NCBI GenBank assembly: GCA_951406725.2
Contig: OX597822.1
Coordinates: 109,740,001 to 109,804,000 of the forward strand
Source: Octopus vulgaris
Taxonomy: Eukaryota
Length of the DNA stretch: 64,000 nucleotides
Direction of reading: 5' to 3'
The notes under the pieces are model-generated. The model was not told the DNA's origin. It searched no databases and was given only the letters and a program-made list of their open reading frames with translations. A program made the position numbers and the translations under genes. Positions 12,996-27,069 of this stretch are shown here, in pieces (positions within the stretch are counted from its first letter, which is position 1; every line of letters starts with the position of its first letter).

Positions 12996-13390
12996 CTAGC
13001 AGTATCGCCCGGCGTTGCTCGGGTTTGTAAGGGAAATAACTATATAAGCATTTTTAGAGATGTAAAGTATAATAGCCATCTCAATATGGCTAACCACAAA
13101 GTGGGGATGTTACTGTAGCTTTTTACGTTCTGATATTTAATGATAAATTTTTAGAGAGTTACTTCCCTTATATATGCCAAAAATGCATTAAAAATGGGAA
13201 AAATTGATGGTAATTTTTTTTTTTATTGTAGACTCCTCGTAGACGCGCGCTAATACCCAGAAGGGCTCGATATGAATCACGACTATAAGATACCCGGTTT
13301 TGGTTAAACTGCACCGCAAAATGTGGGAGTAGTTAGGAATCTAAACCGTAGGAGACAGACAGCACACAACCTCACTTTTATATATAAAGA
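12996..13390 (-). mobile_element. Non-autonomous Helitron family D
   Basis: TC...hairpin...CTAG termini; near-identical to 51597-51989. Confidence 0.85.
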
Positions 13391-13706
13391 TTTCTGTTTA
13401 TTTAGTAACCTACAATGAAGAGGTCATTTCACAGACACTAAACTATAAATTTCACAGGGTACAACATTAAAGTCGACATTGTTCTGCTAAACCCAGAACA
13501 TTTCAATCTCACTATTTGCTATAAATACACGTTTTTTTTCGATTTTGAGACCTCTGAAACTTTTTTCTCCGTTTTTTTTTCTCAACCTCATCATACCTTC
13601 ATAGCTATTAGACTAGAAAACTTAATTATTATAGCCAATTTTCATATTTTTTACTGTCTTTTAAACAAATGCATATTTTGCGAATGCAAAAAACTAGATC
13701 CCTGGT

Positions 13707-13869
13707 AGCGTAGGAATGGCTGTGTGGTAAGTAGCTTGCTTACGAACCACATGGCTCTGGGTTCAGTCCCACTGCGTGGCACCTTGGCCAAGTGTCTTCT
13801 ACTATAGCCTCGGGCTGACCAAAGCCTTGTGAGTGGATTTGGTAGACGGAAACTGAAAGAAGTCTGTCG

Positions 13870-13903
<34 letters not shown>

Positions 13904-14154
13904 TGTGTTTGTGTGTATATGTTTGTGTGTCCGTGTTTGTCCCCCAACATCGCTTGACAACCAATGCTGGTGCGCTTACGTACTCATAACTTATCGGTTC
14001 GGCAAAAGAGGACTTATTCTATTGGCAAAAGAGGCTGGTAGAATAAGTACTTGGCTTACAAAGAATAAGTCCTGTGGTCGATTTGCTCGACTAAAGGTGG
14101 TGCTCCAGCATGGCCACAGTCAAATGACTGAAACAAGTAAAATAGTAAAAGAAT
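13707..14154 (+). mobile_element. SINE group A, full length
   Basis: tRNA head, internal (TATG)n, 3' stem CAGTC-AAAT-GACTG and AAAAGAGT-like tail. Confidence 0.9.
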
Positions 14155-14859
14155 ATACTGTTAAGATTGGTGCTTATTCTATCGGTTCTTTTGCCGATCC
14201 GCTAAGTTGCGACGACGCAAACACATCAGCACCGGTTGCCAAGAGAAGAGAGTTGGCGAACACCGTAAATATCCGTAAAAAATGTCTTGCATCATTGTCT
14301 CCGGATAATCTCATGTCTATAGTAAACATAATTGGTCAGTGTGTGCAATTAATATACCGCTCAACGCCAGGTTGTTTTCCCCCATACAGGTGACATTTAT
14401 CATATTTCAATGGTTCTTACTGCCAAAATTGTCCTTATTTCCATCAATCAATGAGTGAGACATTGAAAGCAAACTAAATCAAAATTCAAAAGACTTCCGT
14501 TTCATCAAAAACACTTCAAAGAATCCTTTTCAGTATTTTTCTTTGGAGTTCAGCAGCAAGAACAAAAGAAACAACAATCTCTTCTGAGCTCTGACCTTTG
14601 TGACCTTATGGCAGCCTACGCCTCCGCTGCTAGTGTAGCACATTCTTTCCTTTCCTTCTTTTCCTTAATTCTTGTACCCATTACCAAGGCAACCAGACCT
14701 GTGTACGCATCACCATCATTGTCATCATCATTATCATCCTCATCCTCGTCGTTGCCGTTTAATAACTACAATTACTACTACTACTACATTTTCATTGAGA
14801 AGAAGAAAGAAATCTGTCTTTCTAATTTACCCTCTCAGTTCAGCAATATGGATGCTAAT

Positions 14860-15075
14860 ACCTATTTCTTTATTACCCACAAGAGGCTAAACATAGAGGG
14901 GACAAACAATGACAGACATAGGTATTAAGTCGATTACATCGACCCCAGTGCGTAACTGGTACTTAATTTATCGACCCCGAAAGGATGAAAGAAAAAGTCG
15001 ACCTCGGCGGAATTTGAACTCAGAACGTAACGGCAGGCGGAATATGGCTAGGCATTTCGCCCGGAGTGCTAATAC
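14860..15075 (-). mobile_element. SINE group B
   Basis: Reverse complement of GTTCAAATTCCGCCGAGGTCGACTTT..CATCCTTTCGGGGTCGATAAA. Confidence 0.85.
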
Positions 15076-15214
15076 CACATCCTTTTAGTCGGAATGGTGT
15101 GCCCTTACGCTATGACGTTGGTCGTGTATCTGATGCAGAATGCTTATACGTTGAGGAACATAATCAACAGCTATTACAACTGACTCGAGTCATTAGCGTT
15201 ATTTTGTCTATTAT

Positions 15215-15365
15215 TACGTTCTAAGTTCAAATTCCGTCGAGGTCGACTTTGCCTTTCATCCTTTCAGGGTTGATAAATAAAGTACCAGTTGCGTACTGAA
15301 GTCGATCAAATCAACTGGCCCCCTCCCCAAAATTTTCAGGCCTTGTGCCTAGAGTAGAAAAGAAT
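15215..15365 (+). mobile_element. SINE group B, alternative-tail variant (B2), 5'-truncated
   Basis: Same core; tail GGCCTTGTGCCTAGAGTAGAAAAGAAT. Confidence 0.75.
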
Positions 15366-15764
15366 CATTGACACGCACTATACATTTTCCAAGATATTTA
15401 CGATTAATAAGAACAGGCATGTTTTCATAATTAGCGTTAGAAATTTTCGGGCAAATATTATAATAGGAAAGTATTTGCCTGTTAAAAAAAGCATTATTGA
15501 CAAAAACAATATCACAGACTGATCTTTAGAAATAGTTCAAATATTTTCCAAAATGTTACTTATTCCGACGATTGATGATTTGCAACTCCATAACACAATC
15601 GTATGCATAAATGAATCAGTTTATCTTCTTTACAATGCAACGAAACAATCGTACAAAAGTACATCTGCGCTATATAGAAAAAAAATCTCATTATGATAAA
15701 ACTAATTATTTTCTCAAATTAAATGTTGCTTATTGCTGAGTTGTGGTTGTAAGTTAATTGTAAT

Positions 15765-17095
15765 ACGGGGCTCGGAATACTCCATCTCTAGGACAAAAAA
15801 CCCTCGGACAAAACCCCCAGGATAAAATATCCTAAGTTGAAGTGCGAAAGAGGATAAAAACCCACAGTTATATTTTTGGCAGAGGTGAACAATAAATACC
15901 CCACCTCTTTTCCGTTAATTTAATTTTTTTTTTATTTTTACAGATTCCGACGTTGTTGAAAAAAATGTCAGCATCTCAAAATTTAAATCTCTCTCGAATC
16001 CTAATTTTTTCGGTTTGATTGCGAAAATTTTTTGGGGAATTTTTTCAGAAAATATACGAAGATTTTGATTCTCTGAAAAACAATTTTTTCTAAAATTTCT
16101 ATTTTTTAAAAACAAATTGACCCCCTCCCATCCAGTGCACATCCAGTTCAATATTCGAGATGTTTGTAAATTCGTTCGCTCCTTTGTGCATATGTAGGTG
16201 ATTCCCAACAAGCGCATGGTGTTAAGCCTACAAGATATTTTCACATACTAGAAATAACAGACAAATATCTTGATTTTTAAAAATTACTTGTAAACAAAAA
16301 CGCGAAAAACACTTTTATTTTCCAAAATTCTAATTTTCAAATATAGAAAATTAAGTTCTATTGAAAATAAATAAGTAGAATAAAATGACAGAACACAACA
16401 GCCTTTACTACTCGATGTACAAGGCATATACTTCAAAAAATGTATTTTACAAGTTTAAAACATTCATCATCACTATTATCATCATCGTCATCACCACTAC
16501 CAACATCATTCTCATCATCATCATCATCAACTTCAACATCATCATCATTATCACCACCACCACCATCAACAGGGCCATTATCACTATCATCACCACTACC
16601 GCCAAAGTTGTGACTAGCACTAAACACCACAATTACCTATTTCTTTTATTACCCACAAGGGGCTAAACACAGAGGGGACAAACAAGGACAGTCATAGGTA
16701 TTAAGTCGATTACATCGACTCCAGTGCGTAACTGGTACTTAATTTATCGACCCCGAAAGGATGAGAGGCAAAGCCGACCTCGGCGGAATTTGAACTCAGA
16801 ACCCAGCGGCTGACAATTACCACCACCAACTGCAACAGACTCAACCCTCTTCATCATCATCATTATTGTCATCATCAAAATAATGTTTAGAGAGGAAAAT
16901 GCCGATTGTTTGTTAGAATTAGAATCCCCGTTGCCGAAAATGTCGGAATCTGTAAAAAAAAAAACCAAGAAAATGGGTGGATTGTTCATTGTACACCTCC
17001 GTCAAAATATTACTGAAGGGGTTTTGTCCAATTTATTTAGGGGGGTTTGTCCTAGGGGGTTGACTTATGAGGGTGTTGTCCAGCTCTCACTAATT
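15765..17095. mobile_element. Long-TIR non-autonomous DNA transposon (MULE/foldback-like)
   Basis: Imperfect ~190-bp inverted ends: GGACAAAACCCCC/GGGGGTTTGTCC, GAGGTGAACAAT/ATTGTACACCTC, ACAGATTCCGAC/GTCGGAATCTGT; TSD not resolved. Confidence 0.6.
16635..16805 (-). mobile_element. SINE group B nested in the long-TIR element
   Basis: Core and tail match; flanked by CAATTACC on both sides within a CAT/CAC-rich tract. Confidence 0.8.
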
Positions 17096-17169
17096 ACACG
17101 ATCAGAGCCACAACCAACAACCTCGTCAAACATGGGTAATTCTCTTTATTATCCTTTTCTCTGACAAAC

Positions 17170-17700
17170 ATAGCCTTGCTCAGAATAGGCTGTATAAATG
17201 CATATGACCTGAGGTTGCTATGGAAACTGGGTCACCTACTCAATAACCTCAGGTCGCTAAGTTTAGATGTGCTGGCTATCAGTAAAACTAGATTCTCCAA
17301 CGGACGAGCATTCATGCCCATCTTGAAATCTTACGAGATTTACTTATCTACATATGAGCTACATATGTAGGAGAAACGGTGGCTTTGTCCCTGAAAGCCC
17401 CAGACATAAAAAATGACTTTCTCTACCCAGAGGGAAAGTCCATAGTCCTGGATGTGAACAATAGCGACAGGGATATCTTCAGCTGCGTTACGGGAAAAAC
17501 AAACGGATTCCTACAGACGTCTAGAAGTTTTCCTGGGAACGTCTCCAATTTTAGTGCGAATGAGAGAATGGAAAACCTTCTTGGGCGCACGTTTTGATTG
17601 TGTGGTGATAGTTGTTTCAATATGGGTGTAGGGCAAAAGCCTAGTAAACTTACTCAGTCATTTTTAGGTGTCTGACAATTACCAACTGGATTTCCCGTAT
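17170..17700 (+). mobile_element. L1/Tx1-like LINE apurinic endonuclease N-terminal fragment, decayed
   Basis: LRIGCINAYDL..LDVLAISKT matches the APE motifs (NvrGl, DiiaLqET); PEGKSIVLDV downstream. Confidence 0.65.
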
Positions 17701-17769
17701 GTGCTAATGTGGTCATGAACAAGCTGTCTGGAGCATTATGAGTCCATCATTATGAGGCAGAATCCAAAA

Positions 17770-18364
17770 GATAGAGTATGGTCTGGAAACATCCTGGCTC
17801 GCCAGAGACGAAGAAATTTAAGACTCTTCTTCCGCGAGAGAGGTAATGCTAACCCATTTTGGGGATCCAAAAGGAACTATACTGAAAGACTACCTGGAAA
17901 CGCGGTTTACAATTACCAGTGCAAGATACAATACTTCGCTGGCCAACAAACTGAAGCCAGCAATTTGCACCAAATGCCAAAGCCTATTGTGGAAGAGAGT
18001 TTTGTTGGTGCCTGATTATTCGCTCTCACACGGCCGCACGGACCATTGAAACCATTAACCAACTGAGTTTTGAGGTGCTGGGACACTCTACCTACAGCCC
18101 AGATCTCACCTCTTCCAACTGTCATATCTTTAGACCACACAAAGATAATTTACGAGATGAAAATGTGAAGGAAGCGGAGCATAAATGGTTGCACGACCAA
18201 CGAAAACCTTCTTGGAGGGAATACGCAAGCTTCTGGACCGCTGGGCCAAAGGCATTGAAAAGGAAAGAGACTATATAGAAAAATAATGGACTTGTTTATT
18301 TCCTGCCTTTTGTGTAAATACATTGAAAATCAAGAGCGCGCTTTATTTTTCACTCTCCTTTGTA
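17770..18364 (+). mobile_element. Mariner transposase fossil (C-terminal catalytic half plus 3' TIR)
   Basis: VMLTHFGDPKG..DYL..TITSARY..LKPAI..; HSTYSPDLTSSNCHIF; RWAKGIEKERDYIEK*; ends in TA. Confidence 0.85.
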
Positions 18365-18409
18365 TATACTTATATATATGCATGGATGTATGTATGTATG
18401 TATATATGT

Positions 18410-18550
18410 ATTCATGCATGTATGTATGTATGTATGTATGTATGTATGTATGTAGGTAGGTATGTAGGTAGGTAGGTAGGTAGGTAGGTAGGTAGGTAGG
18501 TAGGTAGGTAGGTAGGTAGGTAGGTAGGTAGGTAGGTAGGTAGGTAGGTA
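18410..18550. repeat. (TATG)n(TAGG)n compound microsatellite
   Basis: Direct reading. Confidence 0.95.
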
Positions 18551-19721
18551 TATGTAATGTATATTCTTCCATAATTGGCGTATATACAAACAACACACGG
18601 CACATTTTGTTTTGTTGAATAGCTGTTAAGTTTCTTACTGAATATACAGAAATATATTTTTCATCTTGGTAACAAGATATGAAACTATACTTCATATATG
18701 TATATGGATCATCTTTCACCAATTTAATCAGAATCCGATTCTTATGTTACCAAACATTGACTTTAAATCAATGTTATTCCTTGCTAAGATCTATCTTATA
18801 ATATTCATATGATTCCGTTAATATGAAGCTGGGTAATAAGTAAATTGCAATTTCTAACGCGTAGTTCAGTAAACAATATATTTTCACCTTGGATTTAAGC
18901 CTACCAGTTTTCTTAACATCTATACTCTGTATAAAACACATAACATATGAAGCATCTAGTTATCTCTGTTTGAGTTGTTTACCTCCTTTAGTAAGATTAT
19001 TCGTTGTTTCATTATAAAAGATCTTTTATTTAATTTCTTCCGACTTGCTTTGAGGGTAAATAGTGAATTTACTATGTAGTCCAAATTCGCCCAAGCAGTT
19101 TCGTTTTTGTCTCTCATAGAATATATTCCCTTTAGGAAAGGCATGATCAAATAAATCTCTCGATTCTCATTTCTTCTAAAATGTACATCTGTTCTGTTTA
19201 TCAAAACATACAGCATCTATACCGAAATGTGATTAATGTTAATCCGTTATAGTAATCCAATACGTTATAAGTTAATGCGAGTGCTGCTCTACGATCCGAT
19301 CCCTGAAGCTGCTAGAAATATCAACCATATATTCCCGACTGCATTCAGATATATAAGGACAAATTAAATAATACCGCCCTGACACACAGAACCTGAAATC
19401 ATAGAAAAGTTTATTAAAAACTGGAATGTTTTGATGTTCCATCTGCTAAATCAATCCACCTCTAATTTTTTCTATTGACACTGGACTAACAATACAAGAA
19501 AAATGTGATACGCTTCGAACTTAGTGTTCGTGTATGATATTAAGTACCTAACCCATTTCTTTTATTCATCTGTCATATTCTTCACTCCACAACCTTACGT
19601 GCCAACATCTATCAAACTTTACCATAGTTTCTAATTCTGAAATTAGGTTCTTGTTTTGGTCTGCAGGGCAAAAGAGGAAGCTGTGAAGTGAAATCTTTTT
19701 CTAAAGTTCTACAGATATATA

Positions 19722-19999
19722 CGACAGGTCTGTTTCAATAACAATTTACTATGTTTCACTGTTCTTTCAAATATTTGATTAATATTTGATATGAAGTAGA
19801 CCGTTTTTTCTTAATATTGTGTGTTACTCTTAATTATATATCATATTTATCATCGAATTATGACAGGTGTGTTTCAATAACAATTTACTAAGTTTCACTG
19901 TTCTTTCAAACATTTAATTAATATTTAATATTAATTAGGCTGTTTTCTCTTAATATAATGTGTTACTCTTTATTATATCTTATATTTACCATCGAATTA
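19722..19999. repeat. Two-copy ~139-bp tandem duplication
   Basis: GACAGGT.TGTTTCAATAACAATTTACTA...CATCGAATTA repeated at 19722 and 19861. Confidence 0.85.
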
Positions 20000-20054
20000 G
20001 ATTAATTATACATGTGTTCGTATAAATATATCTATATATATTTACATGTGTGTT

Positions 20055-20286
20055 AAGGTGGCGAGCTGGCAGAAACGTTAGCACGCCGGGCGAAATGCGT
20101 AGCCGTATTTCGTCTGCCGTTACGTTCTGAGTTCAAATTCCGCCGAGGTCGACTTTGCCTGTCATCCTTTCGGGTTGATTAAATAAGTACCAGTTACGCA
20201 CTGGGTTCGATGTAATCGACTTAATCCGCTTGTCTGTCCTTGTTTGTCCTCTCTGTGTTTGGCCCCTTGTGAGTAGTAAAGAAATA
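20055..20286 (+). mobile_element. SINE group B, full length with TSD
   Basis: AAGGTGGCGAGCTGGCAGAA head; TSD TATATATATTTACATGTGTGT at 20033-20053 and 20285-20305. Confidence 0.9.
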
Positions 20287-20389
20287 TATATATTTACATG
20301 TGTGTGTGTGTGTGTGCATATGCATACATCTATATAAAACGTTTATATTTTCGATAGTTCTAAATATATATATATATATATATCACGTG

Positions 20390-20688
20390 ATCACGTGACC
20401 GACCAGACCATCAGATGTTGTTACACATCGCTGGTCACAATGCGTTCGCATTGTTTTAGCCTTCGAATGACGCCACCCCGCTGGCTAAGCGAGCAGGCCA
20501 ACAGAAGAAAGAGTGGGAGAAAGAATGGTGAAAGAGTACAGCAGGGATCACCACCCCCTGCCGGAGCCTCGTGGAGCTTTTAGGTGTTTTTGCTCAATAA
20601 ACACACACAACGCCCGGTCTGGGAATCGAAACCGCGATCCTGCGACCGCGAGTCCGCTGCCCTAACCACTAGGCCATTGCGCCTCCAC
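20390..20688 (-). mobile_element. SINE group C with RTE-like tail
   Basis: Minus head GTGGAGGCGCAATGGCCTAGTGGTTAGG..GTTTCGATTCCC; tail CTGGTCGGTCACGTGATCACGTGA into (TA)n. Confidence 0.85.
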
Positions 20689-20732
20689 AAATATATATAT
20701 GTGTGTGTGTGTGTGTGTATGTGTGCGTGTGC

Positions 20733-20786
<54 letters not shown>

Positions 20787-21614
20787 AAGAATGCATCTTT
20801 GATGCGCCAAATGTTGTTTTTAATCCAATTCTCAAGCGTAACCAACTGAAAAGTCCGCGTGAGATTAGATCCCATTTCATTTTTTGGATTACAATTCTTC
20901 AGCACCCACGCCCTTGCATTCATCATTTACGTCATCTATGTTATTTTATGATACTCTACCTCAATCTTAACAGGGATAAGTAACATTCATTATCAAAATA
21001 GAATATTCTTCCATGGTTGAAGTGCACTGCATTGATCTATGCACACAAATATATATGTGCGTCTGTGTATATATGTGAAGGTGTGTGTATATGTGTGCGT
21101 AAGTTGAAGGTATGTGTGGGTACTATTTAGATTTTGTGCATACAAAACTACATTTACCTATGTTTCCTATCATAACTTTTAAAGGAAGCCGGAAAATTAT
21201 TAGACGAATGTGAAACTACTTTCAATGGCGTTCCTTGCCGTATGTGTGAAATCTATGTACTACATTTATTAAAAAATACCAGTTACTCTACCAATACTGT
21301 AATGACTGTCAAAGTACAAGGTACAAGAGATGGATAAGTAGACAAGAACATCATAATAAATTTAAAAACGCAAATGGGGGAAAAAAACGTAGACGATGTA
21401 ACTTCAATGAATAAGGTTTGTCCAAATCGAGAGATATAAATGGAAATTCCAGCAAGGCTGCTTTCAAATTTACGATAAAGCGATATTCATATTCGTATAA
21501 AATGTCTGAAAATTTTGCTATCATTTCAGAACGATACACATGGTTGTTTAGAAGTTTGGTTATATAAATAGACATCTTTGCATGAGGAACATCATATATA
21601 ATGCATTAGATCAT

Positions 21615-22217
21615 TTCAAAATTGGGAACAAGTTTATGCATTTTAGATGGGGGGATAAGTCAAGTACATAGGCCTCAGTATTTGAGTGATACTTATAACA
21701 GTGATCCCAGAGGAATGATAGTTGGGCCCAGTGAAATTTGAACTCAGAACGTAATGAGTCAGAAGAAATAATGCTAAACAATTTTGCCCGATACGCTAAC
21801 AATTCTTATTTCTTTACTGCCCACAAGGGGCTAAACACAGAGGGGACAAACAAGGACGGAGGAACGGATTATGTCGATTTTATCGACGCCAGTGCGTAAC
21901 TGGTACTTATTTAATCGACCACAAAAGGATGAAAAGCACAGTCTACCTCGACTGAATTTGAACTCAGAACGTAGCAGCAGACGAAATACCTATTTCTTTG
22001 CTAAAGGGGCTAAACACAGAAGGGATAAACAAGGACAGACAAACGGATTAAGTCGATTATATCCACCTCAGTGCATAACTGGTACTTATTTAATCGACCC
22101 CGAAAAGATGAAAGGCAAAGTCGACTTCGGTGGAATTTGACCTCAGAACGTGGCGGCAGAGGAAATACCGCTAAGCATCTCACCCGGCGTGCTAACGATT
22201 CTGCCAGCTCGCCGCCT
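21615..22217 (-). mobile_element. Three tandem SINE group B copies (one B2, two B1)
   Basis: GAATTTGAACTCAGAACGT-like core at ~21735, ~21955 and ~22133; head CTGCCAGCTCGCCGCC ends at ~22216. Confidence 0.85.
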
Positions 22218-22836
22218 AATACAAAACATTCAATGATGAATATGTCATGTACACCCATCTATGCTAAATGAGTCTTATACCATTTTGCCGCTCCAATTAT
22301 AATTTTATATACATTATTTCTCTATAATTTTGGTTCTAAAAAATTATTGCTCTAAGTTACATTTAATTGTAATAAAATTACGGAGTACTAGTCATATTCT
22401 TACTTATGATAAATTGCGTTTTATATTTGAAAGCATACTTGGGAACATATTTCTCACAACTGTGACTGTTTTTAATTCTTCTTCGATGGCTTCTCTTCAG
22501 ATAACGATGTTCAAATTTGCAAAACAAAAATAATAGCAATATTTCATTTAATTTATTTTTGTTATATTCTAGAGCCTGTGACAAAAAACAATAAAAGATA
22601 ATTTTAAGATGAGATAAAGTGTTCCTGCTTGTTTTGTGGATACTAAAGCGTTTAGCGCAGGGATTATGGCAAGAAAATACAATAGTTTTATTTTATTATA
22701 TGAAAAATTTTGTTTTTGAAAACCAATGTTTGAACAAAACTCAGAAAAGTCAACTTGCAGAACATTTTTTTTATTCAACTCATTATAAGTATTTACATTG
22801 TTATCGTGTATATATATTTATATATACATACATACA

Positions 22837-22953
<117 letters not shown>

Positions 22954-23053
22954 ATGCATGCCAGAGTAAGCAAATGTGAAACAAGGTGGAAAAAAGAGTT
23001 ACTCAAATACCAGAGGTAGAGTAATATGCTTTATTTAAAAGCAGTAGAAATAT

Positions 23054-23103
23054 AACAAAAACTGTTACTCAGTTTCACGTTGCCGTTCGTCGGACAGTTT
23101 TGT

Positions 23104-23104
<1 letters not shown>
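23054..23104 (-). ncRNA. Type I hammerhead ribozyme-like motif
   Basis: AACAAAACUGU-CCGACGA-ACG(GCAA)CGU-GAAAC-UGA-GUA-ACAGUUUUUGUU; 11-bp stem I, GNRA-capped stem II; U4->C in core. Confidence 0.65.
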
Positions 23105-23145
<41 letters not shown>

Positions 23146-24227
23146 AAAGATACTGAAATTGATGGCGTGGATATTCTCGACAAGTTTTACAAGGCATTCT
23201 ATTATATTTATATCCAAATATCAGTTTTTAAATCGTCTTTAAAAGTAACTAGCATTCTTACAATTAGGATTTGGGTTGCATTTTGTGCTAGCTTTGTATA
23301 TGCGAAGTGTTTGATAACGTGAGTATGGATGTTTTTCTATTTATTAACAAACTTGCATTAACGGTCCTCAGTAAAATGTACAAAGGATTCACTAGATCAA
23401 AAGGAGAAGGGGTTCTTTCGCAATAGCATCAGTTATCTTAAGTCTAAGAAAGGAAAACACATTTTCTCATGAATATGGTGTAATTTATGATACATTTAAT
23501 TTTTATGATCGAACGGCAGCTTTACATTATTACACGATATATTTCCCTTGGTTACATAATAGGCATAAACCAGATAAACTCACGTTTCTGAAACTTTAAG
23601 CTAGGAATAAAAATGCCAAAATATTCACAGTAAGACCTTTTACAATTTTACACTGATTTGCCTGGTTTCCTTTTAAAATGTTAGAATGAATTAGGGACGT
23701 TACAGTTATTAACTATTCCTTAGTTAAATGAAATGATGAATGCTAGCTGAAAGTTAAATACATCTCTAACACACTTATCTAAGATATTTCTACAATATAA
23801 ACATCACAGCGTATATTTTCTCAGCGATTACATACTTCTCTGAGTAATTTACGCTGCTTCAAGTTTTAAGAAATATTTTTGCTATTATTCTGTGTTTATA
23901 TCTTCTGTGAAAAGAAGCATTGTTTGCTTTTTAAGAAATACACCATTTACTGCAACAAAGTGGTTTATACAGAATTTATTGCACCGATACAATAATATAG
24001 TGTTCGAAACTTTGTGATATTTGACGCTTTCATTCTTTTGTCATTTCTTTCATTGGAAATTTCCCTTTGTGTGACAGAAATATGTGAATATGAATAAGTA
24101 CATATGTATCCATATACAATCGCACACGCGAGCACACAAGCGCACATGCGAGCACACAAGCGCACACACACAAACACACAAATGCACACCATACAGATAC
24201 ACACACACACACACACACATACACGCA

Positions 24228-24308
<81 letters not shown>

Positions 24309-24410
24309 GCGTACATATACAGCTGTCGACATATCCTTACATCCACATAGATTCACGCGCATACACATATATGAATGTGTGTATATATATATATATGTAT
24401 ATATGATATT

Positions 24411-24462
<52 letters not shown>

Positions 24463-25132
24463 TGTATATATACAGATGTGTGTGTTGTGTATGTGTGTAC
24501 ATTTTACATGCTTTTCTCTAAACTTTTGCATGTTTATAGCTCTACTATTAAGTTAATTAAAAATAAAAAAGCTAATATCTGTGGTAATGTATTTCCCTTT
24601 CATATATTATTCAAATATACAATTTTGGTTAAATTGAAACTAGAAATTATCAACACATATTCTTGCCTTTACATTAAATTTTAAACAAGATAAGCAGGAT
24701 TTGTAATGCCCTACGACATTTCTAAAATTAATTTTATCCTAGCTATAATGATTTTCCCTTTCTCTCGGTGCTGAAATAACTCGGTGCTGATTATCTTATA
24801 TTTTGCTTTCACGTTTTATCCAACCTTCTCATTATTTTTGATACTGGACTATGTGAAAAACAAACGATATAGTAGTTTAACTTCTATGATTATTACAATA
24901 TGTGTTTATTCCGAGAAATCGACAAGACGTATATATAAATACTCTAAGATGTAAAATGGATTCCATTCTTTATGAATGTTAATGCATCTGAAATTGCATC
25001 CACAATAACGTATTCTTGTTGCCTGAAAGTTTTGAAATTATATATCAGAGTTCCATTGTTCTATGGCAATATTTGAGTAAAGCTACATGGTAATGGATTG
25101 ACAGTTAAAATTACATTCGATGGTATCTCGTT

Positions 25133-25328
25133 TTCTCGTTTACTTGTTTCAGTCATTTGACTGCGGCCATGCTGGAGCACCGCCTTTAATCGAGCAACTC
25201 GACCCCGGAACTTATTCTTTGTAAGCCCAGCACTTATTCTATCGATCTCTTTTTGCCGAACCGCTAAGTGACGGGGACATAAACACACCAGCATCGGTTG
25301 TCAAGCAATGCTAGGAGGACAAACGCAG

Positions 25329-25391
<63 letters not shown>

Positions 25392-25556
25392 TACGACAGG
25401 CTTCTTTCAGTTTCCATCTACCAAATCCACTCACAAGGCATTGGTCGGCCCGGGGCTATAGCAGAAGACACTTGCCCAAGATGCCACGCAGTGGGACTGA
25501 ACCCGGAACCATGTGGTTGGTAAGCAAGCTACTTACCACACAGCCACTCCTGCGCC
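25133..25556 (-). mobile_element. SINE group A, full length
   Basis: Complete head GGCGCAGGAGTGGCTGTGTGGTAAG to tail. Confidence 0.9.
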
Positions 25557-27069
25557 TATATTTAGTTCTCAACATAACGGTGAAGCGTTTCCCAAGAAAT
25601 GAACTGTTAAACTTCCGCATCTTTATGCGATGGGTAAAACATATAATTAACCGTAATTACGGGGATAATTTAGGCCTATTTCATGCGACAACTCTTTCTT
25701 ACAATGCGCAAATCTGTAGGTTGGATTGAAACCGGGAGTAAATTATACAATAATTCGGGTATTTGTACACGTGATGTTCCATTGTGCTATATACAACTGT
25801 GTAGGCAATGAAGTTTATATGAAATTATCTTCATTATAGACGTGAAGAGGTGTTTCATAAATTTAGAGACTTTAATAAGTTTCGTAGTCATCTTTAGGAA
25901 ATGCTGATGCTGCCATTTTCAATATATAAATTAAGTAGCTAAGGATATTTACGAGGATAAAGTTTATAACACGATTTTGGCACATTTTATGAAATATAAT
26001 AATTAAATTCTGTGTAGGTGTAAACCTGTACAAAGCTTCGTCACCATTCCTGTGACGATATAGTTGCGACATCCTCTATAGCTGTGACTGCGTCAAAATT
26101 TCTACCTAGTAAAGCAACATTAGAAAAACAGCGACAAAGGAGAAAAAGAACAATATAAAAAAAGAATGAAGATTCTCATATTAAGATTGTATGATTTCTT
26201 AGATATATACACAGGCGATAATGCTAACCTTGTATTTCATTTACTGAATATACAAAACGAAATTTAATTTTAAATGCCTCGACGCTTTTTTTCTTCTTAT
26301 ATCATGAGGAAATGAAGTTATTACTGTGTTGAACAACGTCAAATATGCCTGTATGGTATCCTCGAGCAGATCTCTATTTACGTTATGGAACACAAAACGT
26401 TTATGTCTTTATGCAAAAAAGCGAGTCTGTCAGACGTTACAAGCAAAAAAGTGTACAAAGAAGAACTTAAATAGTAATTTGTTCGTAAGCAGAAATGCAA
26501 ACAAGAAAGATTCTAAGATAACATTGATACGGATGGATCAACACACTGGCAAGTATTTTGCAGCATCACAGAACAAACAACTCACAAGATATTCAAGTGG
26601 CGAAAAATTATTTAGCAAATAAGATAATTTTAGATAAATTCCATAAGCCAACGTAAGGCATCAAAATCATTGATCCTCTCTTCCAACTCATTTATCTAGG
26701 TAAGAATGTTCCTGTTCCGTGGTGCTAATCAAAATAAATATTGAGTTGATCAATTGAGCTTTTCTTTTATAAGAAATGAAATTAACAATGTTTTTATTCA
26801 GCTATGAAGCGTGACTTACTGTCATAAAAAAAACCAAAACAATGCTATTTCATCAGTATTATCATCCACGAAGCATTTCATGAATAATATCGAAATAAAT
26901 ACAAATTCTATTTCTTGTTACTGAGGGAATATTTTTGCCATAATATACACGCAAATGTAAATTTTACAATATGTAATTCAAAATCATTTCTACTTGGAAG
27001 AAGGGGTCTAAATAAAAATGTTACATCTCATTGCGTGACTATAATCCTCTTAATAGCGTTTCCCATAAC

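Noticed and set aside
20610-20688. tRNA-like sequences at SINE heads (also 45790-45849, 60723-60790)
   Set aside because: A/B boxes present but contiguous with SINE bodies and no proper acceptor stem; not tRNA genes.
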